DNA of 63,520 nucleotides, counting the filler, from Octopus bimaculoides (Eukaryota): NCBI RefSeq assembly GCF_001194135.2. It is 4 parts of 4 records of this genome, joined end to end, with 100 filler letters (N's around TTAATTAATTAA, not from the genome) between each part and the next. Parts side by side here need not be neighbours in the genome. Positions count along the whole stretch, not along the records: positions 31,140 to 59,696 come from NC_068981.1; 3 more parts are not named here. One strand, 5' to 3'. Positions within the stretch are counted from its first letter, which is position 1; every line of letters starts with the position of its first letter. This document shows, piece after piece, positions 39,060 to 52,270 of this stretch. Made by a program: the position numbers and the translations under genes. The notes beneath the pieces were generated by a model. The model was not told the origin of the DNA. It did no database searches and worked only from the letters and a program-made list of their open reading frames with translations.

Positions 39060-39435
39060 ACACTTAGCGGTATTTAGTCCGTCTTTACGTTCTGATTTCA
39101 AATTCCACAGCGGTCGACTTCACCATTTATCCTTTCGGGGTCGATAAAATAAGTATCGATATAATCGGCCCCCCCCCCTCAAAAATTACTGCCCTGTCCC
39201 TAATTTTGAAACTATTAATATTAAGGCGGCCGCTTAGCACAATCGTTAGCACGGCGGAAAAAAATGCTTAGCGGCATTTCGTCCGGCTTTACGTTTTGAG
39301 TTCAATTTCCGCTGATGTCACTTTTCCCTTTTATCCTTTTGAGGTCAATAAAATAATCACCAGTCGAGAGCACTAAGGTCGATATAATCGACTATCTTCC
39401 TCCCCATACATTTAAGGCCGTGTACGTGTAGTAGA
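39060..39435 (+). mobile_element. Two tandem SINE family B copies (~39060-39212 and ~39222-39435)
   Basis: Two successive TTAGCGG(T/C)ATTT...TTCAA(A/T)TTCC...CCTTT heads and cores. Confidence 0.8.
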
Positions 39436-39999
39436 ACTGTTGTTGCTGTTGTTGTTGATGATGCTGTTGCTTTATATTTCCAGGTCAGCTTCTGATCGAA
39501 ACGATCTATGATCGAAGAGGTTCCGTTCTAGCCGTGACAACCCTTAATTTTTTATTTTTTAACAGAGCATCGTACATCTGGTCTGATTTGATTTAAAGAA
39601 AATAGCGTATGGTTTCTTAGCTGTAGCACTATCAAACAGGAGTTCTCAAGCTGGTCAACTGTTTGACTTTAATATTCTTTTAGCAAACTGAGCTGTGATC
39701 AAAAGAATTCCAACCATGACCATTCCGTTTTCATGAAAGTATGTTTAGAACTACTTTTTCCAATGTATCTTCTCTCTTGTCAACGCAGAGGTTGTGTTTT
39801 GAGGAAGAATCCGAGTCCATTTTCAACCGGTCGAACCAGATAATAGAGACAGATTTGTTACACCGAATTGTTTTTGTTGTTACAATGTTGCCTCAAAACA
39901 TTCCTTTCTGAATATACCTAGTATCAAAAGGCAATCCAATTGTCGCAGTCTGGTTTCTTAATATGGAATGTCTACAGTATGCAATATTTTTGCTCGTTT

Positions 40000-40368
40000 T
40001 CTTTTATCTCTTTATTAGACTGCGGCCATGCTGAGGCACAGACTTGAAGGATGTGGTCGCATCAATAAACCGCCTCCAATACTTCTTATTTAAAGTCTCC
40101 TACTTATTCTATCGATTTATTTCGGGGAACTGCAAAGTTACTGGGGACGCAAATAAACCAACACCAGTTGTCAAGCGGAGTGGTGGATTAACACAAGTAC
40201 AAAGACGCACACATGCATATAAATGCACAGTTTCCAGCCACCAAAATTCAGTTATAAGCTATATAGAAGAAGACATTTGCCCAAAAAGACATTCGCGCAG
40301 TGAGACTGACTCCGAAACCACGTGACCGAAAAGGCAAGCAAACTTCTTAAATACGCAGCCATGTCTGC
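40000..40368 (-). mobile_element. SINE family D, diverged
   Basis: GACTGCGGCCATGCTGAGGCAC tail to GCAGCCATG head on -. Confidence 0.72.
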
Positions 40369-41021
40369 AGCCATACGTCGTATATATTTATTTTTAAAGA
40401 CATTATGAAATGATTTGGCAGAAATTTGACTGCTACATCGTGCATGTAGGGCAAGTGCATAGAAACTCATTCGATAACATGACCTTCCTCATTGGCTCCA
40501 CACCATTACATTATATACGATTCACCAGCGTCCATTTAACAAGGAAGATTGCATTTCAGTTTAAATTTACTTCGGCATTAATTTATACCACTGAATGTGA
40601 CGACGTGCTATATATCATTTTACACGGGTGTTTAAATACAAATAATAGTATTGCTAACATACCTACCGCAGAGTTAACATGCATATTATATACATATGTT
40701 AAAATGCATACATACTACACACACACATACATACATACATACATACATACATACATACATACATACATACATGCGTATGTAAACTTATATACATGTATAC
40801 ACACTCACGTCTAAGTAGATATAATCTATATCAAATACATAATAAACGTACATATATTCATGCAGTGTATAAATACGTATATATATCATATATATATATA
40901 TACATGTATATATATATATACGTACACAAACTTACATATACAGTGTGTTATCATTAACATGCAACTTCTAGTATTTCTATATCACACATTTCTCTTTCTT
41001 TCTGTGTGTGTGTGTATATAC

Positions 41022-41052
<31 letters not shown>

Positions 41053-42994
41053 CATGTATGTATGCATGTATGTATGCATGTATGTATGTATATGTGGCAA
41101 AAAGATATAATAGCAGTGGCGTGTCCATTGCATGGTCGACATTGGACAAAGTTAATCCATACACTAATACGTCTAAAGCAGTATCAATTATTCAATTACG
41201 CTCATTTGATAAATCTCTCATCATAAAGAACGTGCATCAGTAATGAAAAAGAAAGACAGAACTAACGTCGACTTGCAAGTACAGAATGAAATATTTGCAT
41301 TCACTTTCGGAGCAACTGACAGAAAACGTCTGAGATCATGTGAAAGACTGCTCTGTTATCTTTTCCTCAACGACGATGAAAAACGCTACTTTTACATTTC
41401 GGGATACCGGCGAGAAACGGCGGGATGAAGGTGGCTGCAAACCTTGTTAGACTAAACTCTAGCATGGCTGCAGTCTTATGACTGAAATAAGATAAAAGAT
41501 ATCTTAACCTCTTAGGCGTTAAGTTCCACACCAATGGATCTAAGACGTTTGCTTCCCAAACCAGTGGTTCCTTGGTAATGCGTAGTGGGGTCGAACCAAG
41601 TGCCATATGATTGAAAAGCGAATCTCTTAATCCCTCGGCCTTGCCTTCATCATACATACGCGCGCGCACATACACGAATACACACACCCATACTCATATA
41701 CAGATGTACACTCATATACATACACACGCCACATCCACTTATATCAGGTCGCTCACGAGTGCTACTCGTAGCATGTTACTCGTAACAATCTGTTGCATGG
41801 TTAAGTCGTCAGCAACTAAACCAGCTCCCTAATTATGGTTGCTTAGTGGGAAGGGTTGTTAAAAACTCAGCAGGACAAACGACTATACTTGTCAAAATGA
41901 TAGATGAATTCAATGTAGGATCAACGAGAATCTAGCTATAGCGTGGGGATTTAGAAATTCTGCGTTAGTATCCGGCGTGTTGCAAACACGGTGTAAGGCA
42001 TTCTTGTTAAGTTATATATCTTTAGGAGAAGGTACAACGTTTCCACAGTCATATCGGCAGTATAACCGGTAGACATACGGGTGGCGTGGGCTGAGCAGCT
42101 TTGGAAACTGGCCACTAGGTGGACAACTCCAAGCATAAAACATCACTTCCCGTGAAGGGACGCGCTAAGGGTATGTACTCGATCGTCGAACCGGAAGAAA
42201 ACTCGGAGCAAACCGATTCTATTTATTCCAAACAATGACTGAAAACGTAATTTTGAATTATATTCTCAATATAATATCGTTCCTAAAGATTGCATCATGC
42301 GTCATAAGTCGACAGTGGTGACATATTAGAAAAGCTGCTAATGATGATCCATTTTCATTTTGCGTCGGTTATTAGGCATAAGCATTACACCGGCAGCCCT
42401 ATCCTTTTAGTCCGTCAGGTATTTCGCTATTTCCTGTTTCAGGATTATGAAAACAATGAATGCATGTGTGGCTGTATAGTTAAGAAATTTGCTTCGCAGT
42501 CACACGATTTCGTGTTCAACTAAGTGACTTTCACAACAGTCTCGGATCTACGCTAGGATTATGAATGAAACTGAGTAGATAGAATCTATGCAGAATGCCA
42601 TTCAGATGAATTATTCCTGCACTTCAATCATACGGCCTTGTCACATACTGAGTCCCGACGATTCTTCAGAAGACTACATTGATTATAGCAAGATATACAG
42701 GAGGACTGTTTCAGCCAGTATATCAGCACGAGACCCGAATTTTAAGAAGGGTTTCACGACTATCTTCAGAATCTTTCCTTTAAAATATCCAACAATCTCA
42801 TTGTATTTTGAGAAGAATCTCGCCTCCAGGGTACCGACACGAGTCTTCTTACGCTCAGCCAAATTTTTCTCGGAGGTCCAATGCGGTATATACGTGTCTG
42901 TGGATCACTCTGCAATTTACATGCAAATTCAAGAAGCATGTAATTCTCATCGCCGAAACCAATGAGAAGCGATTCTCAATATGTTAATGTATGT

Positions 42995-43870
42995 CAGTAT
43001 TCAGTTTTATTTCAAGATTTCTTGCCAATAGAGAAAGAACCGGTTTCTAACTTAGATCCAAGGCTCCTTCATTGGAATTTCAACATCAACAACTGGGTAT
43101 TTTTGTATGTATGTATGTATGTATGTATGTATGTATGTATGTATGTATGTATGTATGAATGTATGTATGTATGTATGTATGTATGTATATGTGCGATATT
43201 TAGAGTCAGATTTACATGTTTTCTTTTTTGTATTTTATGTGCAGATTTATAAGTTTTGTTTTATGTATTCTCATGTATATAGTCGCATGCCTAGACATAT
43301 TCGTATATACTTAAATGATAAACTTCTGGAAAGTTCTACAGATTTTTACAGTTCAAGTGATGGCTTGGATTTCTAGTCTTCGAATCGGCTTTCTCTTTCC
43401 AGGTTTTCAGAAGCCTAATTCCTCAAGATTGTTATTTAGGCAGTGTGTTACATAACCCAGTGCCCACATAATTACATGTATAAGCCTGAACTTTTAATAC
43501 GAGTAATGTAACTGAAGATTTCTTAATAGTTCAGCGTAGGTATTTTGTTTTTCGCTGATCTTTAGCTTTATGTTAACATCCGCTGGGCAGCTGATTTCTA
43601 CAACTCAACACAGTTTCTCTTCTCTATCCTAAATTACTATGTCAGGTATTTTAAGTTTACATTTTACCGAAGTTTTCACTGGGACCTTCCACCAGTAATC
43701 CTTATTATTATGAGTGGCTATGGACGCTATCATACAGTGGGTTCTATCTTATTTTGATAATACTGGAAGTTTCTTTCTTGTGTATGTTTCTTCAGGTAGC
43801 AAAGATAGGTACATGTATACATAAATACCTTCAGCTTCTATATCTAAATTACAAATTCACATTTACACCA
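42995..43870 (+). repeat. Unclassified dispersed repeat; second copy inverted at ~53770-54320
   Basis: Shared blocks include CAAGATTTCTTG...AGAAAGAACCGGTTTCTAAC, GTCGCATGCCTAGACATATTCGTATATA, AGTCTTCGAATC and ATATCTAAATTACAA in opposite orientations. Confidence 0.75.
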
Positions 43871-44353
43871 ATAATAATTGGTGCACTTAGTTTACCTTAG
43901 TAAATGCATGAGTGACAATCTGGAAAAAGCTCAAGTTCTCAGGAAAAGAAATAAACCAGTTAACACATTACGAATACAATCTGTAAGCGGAACGGTAAAA
44001 ATATTCAAAACTTTTCTCAAGTTTAAAATGTGGCATTATTTTTGTTATCTACATTCCAACGATGGAGTTTGGTATTATAAACCAACTCTTTCCTTGCAGG
44101 AAGATATGAACTAATTAAAAATAGAAGAAACCATACGTACTTGCATACATATAAGACAAATAGAAAAAGAGAAATTGACAATAAGCAAGTAAGTTAATAA
44201 ATTAGTCGGGAAACGAGTGAAAAGAAAGAAAAAGCGTACGACTGATGTAATGATTTTAAGAAATCAACGAATACAGCGTTAGACGGAGAACAATAAACAT
44301 GTCATAACAAGCTTTGTGGCTCCTAATACACTCGTACCCACACACAACGCACG

Positions 44354-44432
44354 CATACGCACACGCGCGTGCACACATACGCACACGCGCGTGCACACAT
44401 ACGCACACGCGCGTGCACACATACGCGCACAT
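44354..44432 (+). repeat. 22-bp minisatellite CATACGCACACGCGCGTGCACA, three full units plus a partial
   Basis: Units at 44354, 44376 and 44398; strictly alternating purine/pyrimidine. Confidence 0.9.
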
Positions 44433-44775
44433 ATCGTACAAGCAAAACAACAGTATGGCGTCTTCATCGGGAGAAATATCGTCTGGAAGGAGCAGGGATT
44501 ATATTTTATCCCTTTTATTTCTATTTTTGTTGTGTCTTTAGTAACGACAAAAGGAAGTTTCGGTGGTCGTCTGATTTTGCAAGAGGATGAAAGATGGCGG
44601 ACGCGTGTCTGGCAATAGACGCTCTTGGCTATCTTGGATTAATTATTGTTGTTCAGGCAGAAAGCGTTTGATTGGATTAGAATTTTTCCTTTTGATTTTG
44701 ATTATATTGTTCATACAAACATGCATACACACAGAAACACACACACGCACACACGTACATACATACATACATACA

Positions 44776-44827
<52 letters not shown>

Positions 44828-45460
44828 CCGCTTAAATTAAAAGACATCTTTATTTTCTCACCAGTATAGGATATCATATGAAAGATAGAAGAGCAAAAGT
44901 ATATATAACAACATCAAAAATCTTCAGAAATGGAAACTCATTATCGTCATTTTTGCCGGCGGAAACAAGTTTTTATGGAATTATCGAATTAGACAATGAA
45001 ACAGGGCCTTCAAAGCCTACATAGATAATATGATGTTGTTTTTACAGCATAGAATAATTACTTATTCACATTATAATAGCTGCACAAATTTCCAGGAACG
45101 AATATCGTCATTTTATCTGAACCTAGTATTTTTTGTTAGTGATTTTATCGATTTCGGAAGAGTAAAAAGCAAAAATCGATCTATCTGGTCAACTTTAGCT
45201 TCGGAAATCATTTCTTAAAATTTAAGATATTGTCAAGCGCTCGGAGTCCTTTCTTTAATGGCTAGCACTGCGGCTGGTAGAGAACTAGTGCCAGGCATGA
45301 GCTATGCTGTTGTGGAATTACTCTAGACGTCGACTGAACAATTTTCTGTGTTCCAACATCTCTAATGTCCAATTGAAAAATCGCATATATTTTCATTTAT
45401 GCTCATTACGCTACATTTAATTAAGTGGACCTTATTCCACGTCATTTTTGATGGCACAAA

Positions 45461-45680
45461 AAGGCGACGAGCTGGCAGAATCGTTAGCACTTCGGACGAA
45501 ATACTTAGCAGTATTTCGACAGTCTTCATGTTCTGAGTTCAAATTCCGCCGGTGCCGACTTTGCCTTTCATCCCTTCGGAGTCGATAAATTAGGTACCAG
45601 TGAAACACTGAGGTCGATGTAATCGACTAGTGCTCCCCGCTTGAAATTTTCAGGCCTTGTGCCTCTAGTAGAAAGGATTG
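45461..45680 (+). mobile_element. SINE family B, full length
   Basis: Close match to 49158-49374; near-perfect TSD TTGA(T/C)GGCACAA at 45448-45459 and 45681-45692. Confidence 0.88.
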
Positions 45681-46109
45681 TTGACGGCACAATAATGCAC
45701 ACACACACACAGAGGAGCAGGCGTAATTTTTGCTTAAGAAATACATTTCGCAATCACTTAGTTTGGGTTCAGTCATATTGCGTGCGCGCGCATTGTACGT
45801 GTACACACATAGATAAATACATGTTCATATGTACATGTAGCTGTTCCAGCAAAACATACTAAAGACCAAATACATACATTTTATATACGCACACATATCT
45901 AGTGCACACATATCTAGTGCACACATACACGCACACACATATTCACATACATACATACATGCATGCATATGTGTGTGTGTGTGTGTGTGCGTGTGCATGT
46001 GCATGTATGTATATATATGCATATACATAATAAGAAGATTATAATGAAGGGAAAAAAGGGGCATTATAGCAAACGGTTAATAAGGATATTGGTTGTGGTA
46101 TTACGGCTG

Positions 46110-47355
46110 ATTACCGAGCTGTTGACGCTTCAGCGAATGCTTCTACGGATAACAAGAGCAGATGATCAGTCTGGCCAGTGTTCCTTCTGATAACGGAAGT
46201 GGACAATGTGGGGGAATACGGCTCTTGTGCTGCTCTCAAAGAACATAAGGACTGGTCCAGTTGAACTACTCTCTTATTTATTGACTGATGCTTTCTAGTT
46301 TCTATAAACTTTGGCGAAGGTAGAATGTGTAATACCCGCCTCACCTTGAGTTTTGTGCTACCTTCCCTGTACAGGCTTGTACAGAAGACTCAAATGTACC
46401 ACTCGCATAAAAGCGTCCCCCGGGCGGACCGCCTCACCATTAGCATTCCTTTCACTATCTATGCTACTGCACGTTGAACTTATTCCCGTTATATTTTATC
46501 TTTATTGAGACTCCTATCGACAGTGTATACCTATGATCAAAGGCGCTCCAATACTGAACTTCCAACGTCTTTTCACGACTTCATTTTATAATGTTTTTCC
46601 AAAATTTTCGAAGAAGGTGAATGTGTTTTATGAGGAAACCTAGCTACTGTTTCTTACACCTTAAACGACTATGTAAAGATTCCCTCACTGGGTTGCTCAG
46701 CTATCTCCAGTCCAATCCAGTTCTAATAGTGCAGATTGCGATCTTCCATTGACTATTTAGAGATCTCTAGGACTACATAATCCTATATGTGTGCTTTGTC
46801 TTAAGACGGTGTATTTATGACATGATGGATAATCTGGTTTTAATATGTAGCAGCTTAAGAGACCAAGTAAATATTTCTTCACTGGCTTGTTTCTACTGAA
46901 CTTTAACAGCTCCATGGGAATTCCGACTGTGTGGCTGCCAATTGCTCTCGTTTGATACAAGCTGTTGTCGTATGGCTTTATTTATGTTGTCAAAAGAGAG
47001 CCACTGGCTGAGCTGATCCTTGTATGGCTTCCTGGAGCGAATCGATCTCATGATTTCCTCGTTGATCATATAATCTTGCCACCCGCATCTCGTTGTCAAC
47101 CAACAGCCGGTAATGTTGGTGGAAACATTCGAGCAGTCTCATGATTATAATGGCTATTATTTCTATTGTTGCTGTTTATCTCCATCTCAGCTCTGCTTCA
47201 ACAGACTTGATATACAGCGTCCGGTGCAATTTGTTAATCGCACTGCATTCATCTTCTGCGCCTCTACTGTTGCGGGCACCAGCTCCCGGGCACTAGAGAA
47301 CGCGTCCTATTAAATGGTCTCCTTGATAAGTGTTTTGCCACACTTCGAACGGGAG
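46110..47355 (-). pseudogene. RTE-clade (BovB-like) LINE fragments
   Basis: On -: KTLI..RPFNRTRSLV/ARE (endonuclease start, ~47335-47280); LLECFHQ..GWQDYMINEEIM and DRFA.RKAIQG (post-RT C-terminus, ~47140-47010); VQLD...GQTDHLLLLS (endonuclease end, ~46270-46150). NPFNIQSGVK on + at ~47426-47455. All with stops or frameshifts. Confidence 0.5.
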
Positions 47356-48264
47356 AATATACCTTTTTCCGTTCGAAGTTACTGCGGTCGACAACAAAAG
47401 CATCTGTATGTGACTAGAATCCTGGAATCCTTTTAATATTCAATCTGGTGTAAAGAGGAATATGTCGCACACCGTAAAGACAAGAAAGCGAATGCAATCC
47501 GAATTCATGGGCCGCAGCTCCACAATGGCATTTATGTGGCTAACCCACAAAAAGGCTGAAGTAAAGGGCAACTCCGAGGTGTGTGTACTCGTCGATAAAG
47601 GGCGTTGATAGACAAATAGGGCACCACGTTGAGCTTAGTACCTCTGTTAACAATTGTGAGGCTGCACGAATTCAGGCGAGACGGTATTGACCGAGGGACG
47701 ACTGTTGAAACTACAATTGATATTGCCAGGGTCTTGCTGATTAGTGCAATTTGGCACAAAATGAATCTGGAAACACAGGAATGTCTGTCTGATAAACACT
47801 TCTTTTAAGTGGAAACTTTTCGTAACAATATGGCGTATAAGTGTTATCCACTTCACACGTTTAAGTTAATCAAACTTGAAAACAACATATATCTTTAAAT
47901 ATCACATTTGTATGAGTTTACTATTTTTTCGTGGTAAAGAAAAACATTGCGAGCAAGGAAAACAGTATTGGCTGGCTATCTCGCTCTCACACTCATACAA
48001 TCTCGTCATGGTGTTTAACAAAGACGAGAACAAACGAAAATATCGCTTTACAACACCCACGCCTACCAAACAGGTTCGAATGTCAGGTTTTCTACACTTA
48101 AAAGAATAAAAATAGCATTGAAATTTGATAGGATACTAGGTTTCCGTATTTTAAATCAACCTCACAAACATATATACACGAACACGCAAATACACACTTG
48201 CTCAGACAAATGTGTGCGTGCGTGTATGTATATATACATGTGAGCGTGTGTATGTATATATACA

Positions 48265-48317
<53 letters not shown>

Positions 48318-48328
48318 GTGTGTGTGTG

Positions 48329-48437
<109 letters not shown>

Positions 48438-48555
48438 TTTTACAATATGGGTGTGGTTACACATTCTATATCACAGACTATACGTATATATATGTTACAC
48501 ACGTCTTGGCAGTTAACATAATACATGTCTCTTGCTCTTCGTGTTTGCGTGTATG

Positions 48556-48609
<54 letters not shown>

Positions 48610-49157
48610 TAACTGACACACATATGTATTTATTTATACATAACCCAGCACACAACACAATTTAACTTACATATACAAATACACACATCCAACAATACTA
48701 TAATTGATAACACCCGTACACTCATTTCAAGTTAACGTTTTCGATCGCATACACGCAACTCACAACAACATATATTGACACAATCAAAAATCTCTCTCAC
48801 ACACACCCATCGCATGCACACATACACATACACATACATAGGCATACATATGCGCACACACGTATTCGTTCGAAGATCAGAGATGCGGAGTCCGGAATAA
48901 CGATTAGTGAAGTTTCCCAGTTGGAATCAACTCTATTCTACTCTTAATTTAGCATTGAGCCTTATTTCGCAATCATTCCCCCCCTCTCTCTCCCTCTTAA
49001 TATTTATGTATCTAACTAGCTATTTGCACACATACTCACGCATACACATTCACATACACATACAAACACATATATATATTTATATATAGATATATACGAG
49101 TAAGTGGATAAACGTATGAAAAGGATACTCAGCACGTATAGTTGGAGTTACATATAT

Positions 49158-49374
49158 ACTTTTCTACTCCAGGAACAAGGCCCGAAATTTTTGGAGAGGG
49201 GGGGGGCAGTCGATTAGATTGACCCAGTATGCAACTGGTATTTAATTTATCGACCCCCGAAAAGATGAAAGGCAAAGTCGACCTCGGCGGAATTTGAACT
49301 CAGAACGTAAAGACAGACGAAATACCGCTAAGCATTTCGCCCGGAGTGCCACCGTTTCTGCCAGTTCGCCGCCT
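49158..49374 (-). mobile_element. tRNA-derived SINE, family B, full length
   Basis: On -: GGCGGCGAACTGGCAGAAACGG...GAGTTCAAATTCCGCCGAGGTCGACTTTGCCTTTCATC; 16-bp TSD TTGGAGTTACATATAT at 49142-49157 and 49375-49390. The GCCTTTCATCCTTTCGGGGTCGATAAA block resembles the Meta/MESC SINE domain as recalled, unverified. Confidence 0.9.
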
Positions 49375-49396
49375 TTGGAGTTACATATATTATTGT

Positions 49397-49720
49397 ATGT
49401 GAAGGCGCCTGGCTTGGTGGTAAGGGTATTCGGCTCATGATCGTAAGGCTATGAGTTCAATTACCAGCGATGCATTGTGTCCTTGAGCAAGTCACTTTAT
49501 CTCACGCTATTCCAGTACAGTCAGCTGGCAAAAATGAGTAGTATCTGTATTTCAAAAGGTCAGTCTTGTCACATTCTGCTGAATCTCTCTAAAAACTACG
49601 TTAAGGCAGCACATGTCTGTGGAGTGCTTAGCCACTTACTTGTACGTTAATTTCACGAGCAGGCTGTTTCCATTGATCGGATCAACTGGAACGCTCGTCA
49701 TCATAACTGACGGGGTGCCA
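49397..49720 (+). mobile_element. tRNA-derived CORE-like SINE, family C with tail T1
   Basis: tRNA-like head (TGGCTTGGTGG...GAGTTCAATTACC), then TGTGTCCTTGAGCAAGTCACTTT, which resembles the CORE-SINE domain as recalled, then the same T1 tail as family A. Confidence 0.75.
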
Positions 49721-50444
49721 GTTATATAAAATCCTAGCTCATTTACGCTCAGTCTATCGAATTGAGTAAAGTGAAACTGAATGAACTTGGTTTCTGTGAA
49801 AATGAATTTTTTTTGATCTTTTAGTGTGGAGGTAAGGCGATGCCAATGACCAGCTACGAAACCTCTGAGCATAGAAGGAGAAAGGAAAGACGGTATCTTC
49901 AAACCAAAATTCTGGCTCGAATGCCTGCAACAGAGTGAACTTCTCTAAAGGCACCCAAAGTACCAAGTGTTTGTGTTAAACCACGCGACGACTTAAGTCT
50001 ACCACTCAAGTAGAAAACATAGCGGAATTTGAACTCAGAATGTAGAACACCGAGAAAAATTTCGCAAAGAATTTTGTCCAACAGTTTTAGAGATCTGCCA
50101 TAGGTAGGTACTTTTTTATCGACCTCATAGTGAGGAAAGAACATATTTGACCTCAACAGGTTTTGATCCTAGGGAGCATAGTTGCAAATAAAATTTACTC
50201 CGAAACCTTCTGGCCAGCGCTCTAACGTCTCTGCGAATTTGCCACTATGATGTCAGTCCGTGCATTTTTAGTATGTCTCTATACTTCAAAGATTCCCACT
50301 TCGCTAGACACTGTATCGTGGTGAGTCTGTCTAATTATTTCGTTGTTGCTTAGATTCAGGTCAAAGCTCATTGTGCTAGGTCATGGTCAAAGGCTTTCGG
50401 ACGTGACATCCCGTCTTAGTTTTTTTTATATCTAAGAATATCTT

Positions 50445-51294
50445 GTATCTCAACCTTAAATTGAGCATTGCTGTCATCTTTGGACCGGTGCCTCTAGTGA
50501 GTGCCCCAATTTGCTTGATGGAATTCAGAATCGAATTGTTAACATGATGGGTCCGTCGATACGTGNNNNNNNNNNNNNNNNNNNNNNNNNNNNNNNNNNN
50601 NNNNNNNNNNNNNNNNNNNNNNNNNNNNNNNNNNNNNNNNNNNNNNNNNNNNNNNNNNNNNNNNNNNNNNNNNNNNNNNNNNNNNNNNNNNNNNNNNNNN
50701 NNNNNNNNNNNNNNNNNNNNNNNNNNNNNNNNNNNNNNNNNNNNNNNNNNNNNNNNNNNNNNNNNNNNNNNNNNNNNCAGTCTATAAGTGTTTAATGCTG
50801 TTAAACTGTGTAAGAAGGAAAAGAAAATGAAAATCTAAACAGACTAAAAACACTAGTGAGTGCCCCAATTTGCTTGATGGAATTCAGAATCGAATTGTTA
50901 ACATGATGGGTCCGTCGATACGTGCCTTCATTCCGTCTTTTCCATAAGTATTTCCTTATTTATTGCTCTAATGAACTTTCTTGCCTAGTGCCTTCTGTCA
51001 AGACCTTTAAATATGCCACTAGCTTCTCTTTCCAGACATCGTTTTTCTCTTGAGCTTTCTGTTACTCATCAGTCCCTTCATTCTAATAGGTTCTGCCCTC
51101 AAACAATGGCTCCCTAGAACTCACTACCATCGACATTTTCTTAAAACTTCTGGTCTGTAACATTCATCCCTTAAACTGTCTGTCAATCGACTTTGTTTTT
51201 TGAATTGGTGAACCGTTTCTTTTCCTTTTTGTAGTCTCTTACGCTGCGGTGGCCACAAGCCTTGTCTGAGATAAAGCCGCATAAAAAAAAAAAA
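50445..51294 (+). mobile_element. 3' end of a CR1/L2/Jockey-type LINE with poly(A), partly duplicated
   Basis: QP*IEHCCHLWTGASSECPNLLDGIQNRIVNMMGP, then FHKYFLIYCSNELSCLVP and KLSVNRL, matching the post-RT C-terminal pattern 'EYC.H.W.GA....L.LLD.IQ...FY.YF.G.CS.EL..L.P...K..VN'; A-rich tail at ~51282-51294. Confidence 0.7.
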
Positions 51295-52270
51295 TCAAAA
51301 ACATCTAGGATTACATTGCTTATTCTATGCGTCACTTTTCCTTTTTTAAGAGATAGGATGCGATTTGAGAAAGTGAGTGTTTCATTATGACAAACGTGCG
51401 TGATTCTCCGACCGCTGCGGCGAAGGTCTGTTGTCTGTTTGTGGTTTCTAGAAGAGTGAGTATTGACATGAACTAGAAAAAAGTATATGGAGCATGAACA
51501 GCACAGACACAAAGCGTATAGTGAAAGACGCCTGTGCGACATAAGTGTCAGTCTATAAGTGTTTAATGCTGTTAAACTGTGTAAGAAGGAAAAGAAAATG
51601 AAAATCTAAACAGACTAAAAACACTAGTGAGTGCCCCAATTTGCTTGATGGAATTCAGAATCGAATTGTTAACATGATGGGTCCGTCGATACGTGCCTTC
51701 ATTCCGTNNNNNNNNNNNNNNNNNNNNNNNNNNNNNNNNNNNNNNNNNNNNNNNNNNNNNNNNNNNNNNNNNNNNNNNNNNNNNNNNNNNNNNNNNNNNN
51801 NNNNNNNNNNNNNNNNNNNNNNNNNNNNNNNNNNNNNNNNNNNNNNNNNNNNNNNNNNNNNNNNNNNNNNNNNNNNNNNNNNNNNNNNNNNNNNNNNNNN
51901 NNNNNNNNNNNNNNNNNNNNNNNNNNNNNNNNNNNNNNNNNNNNNNNNNNNNNNNNNNNNNNNNNNNNNNNNNNNNNNNNNNNNNNNNNNNNNNNNNNNN
52001 NNNNNNNNNNNNNNNNNNNNNNNNNNNNNNNNNNNNNNNNNNNNNNNNNNNNNNNNNNNNNNNNNNNNNNNNNNNNNNNNNNNNNNNNNNNNNNNNNNNN
52101 NNNNNNNNNNNNNNNNNNNNNNNNNNNNNNNNNNNNNNNNNNNNNNNNNNNNNNNNNNNNNNNNNNNNNNNNNNNNNNNNNNNNNNNNNNNNNNNNNNNN
52201 NNNNNNNNNNNNNNNNNNAACTGTGTAAGAAGGAAAAGAAAATGAAAATCTAAACAGACTAAAAACACTA
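50494..52270 (+). repeat. Head-to-tail tandem array, 771-bp unit, at least three unit starts
   Basis: Unit starts at 50497, 50856 and 51627 (measurable period 771 across gap-free sequence); junction AAAAACACTA|GTGAGTGCC seen twice; visible copies appear identical; two N gaps inside. Confidence 0.85.

Noticed and set aside
42588-42965. 125-aa ORF
   Set aside because: No recognisable domain, no convincing splice signals, and it overlaps a degenerate T1 SINE tail piece.
44354-44432. Short direct repeats as a possible CRISPR array (also 28888-28930, 30220-30262, 10469-10513)
   Set aside because: Contiguous tandem units without unique spacers, eukaryotic context, no cas genes.
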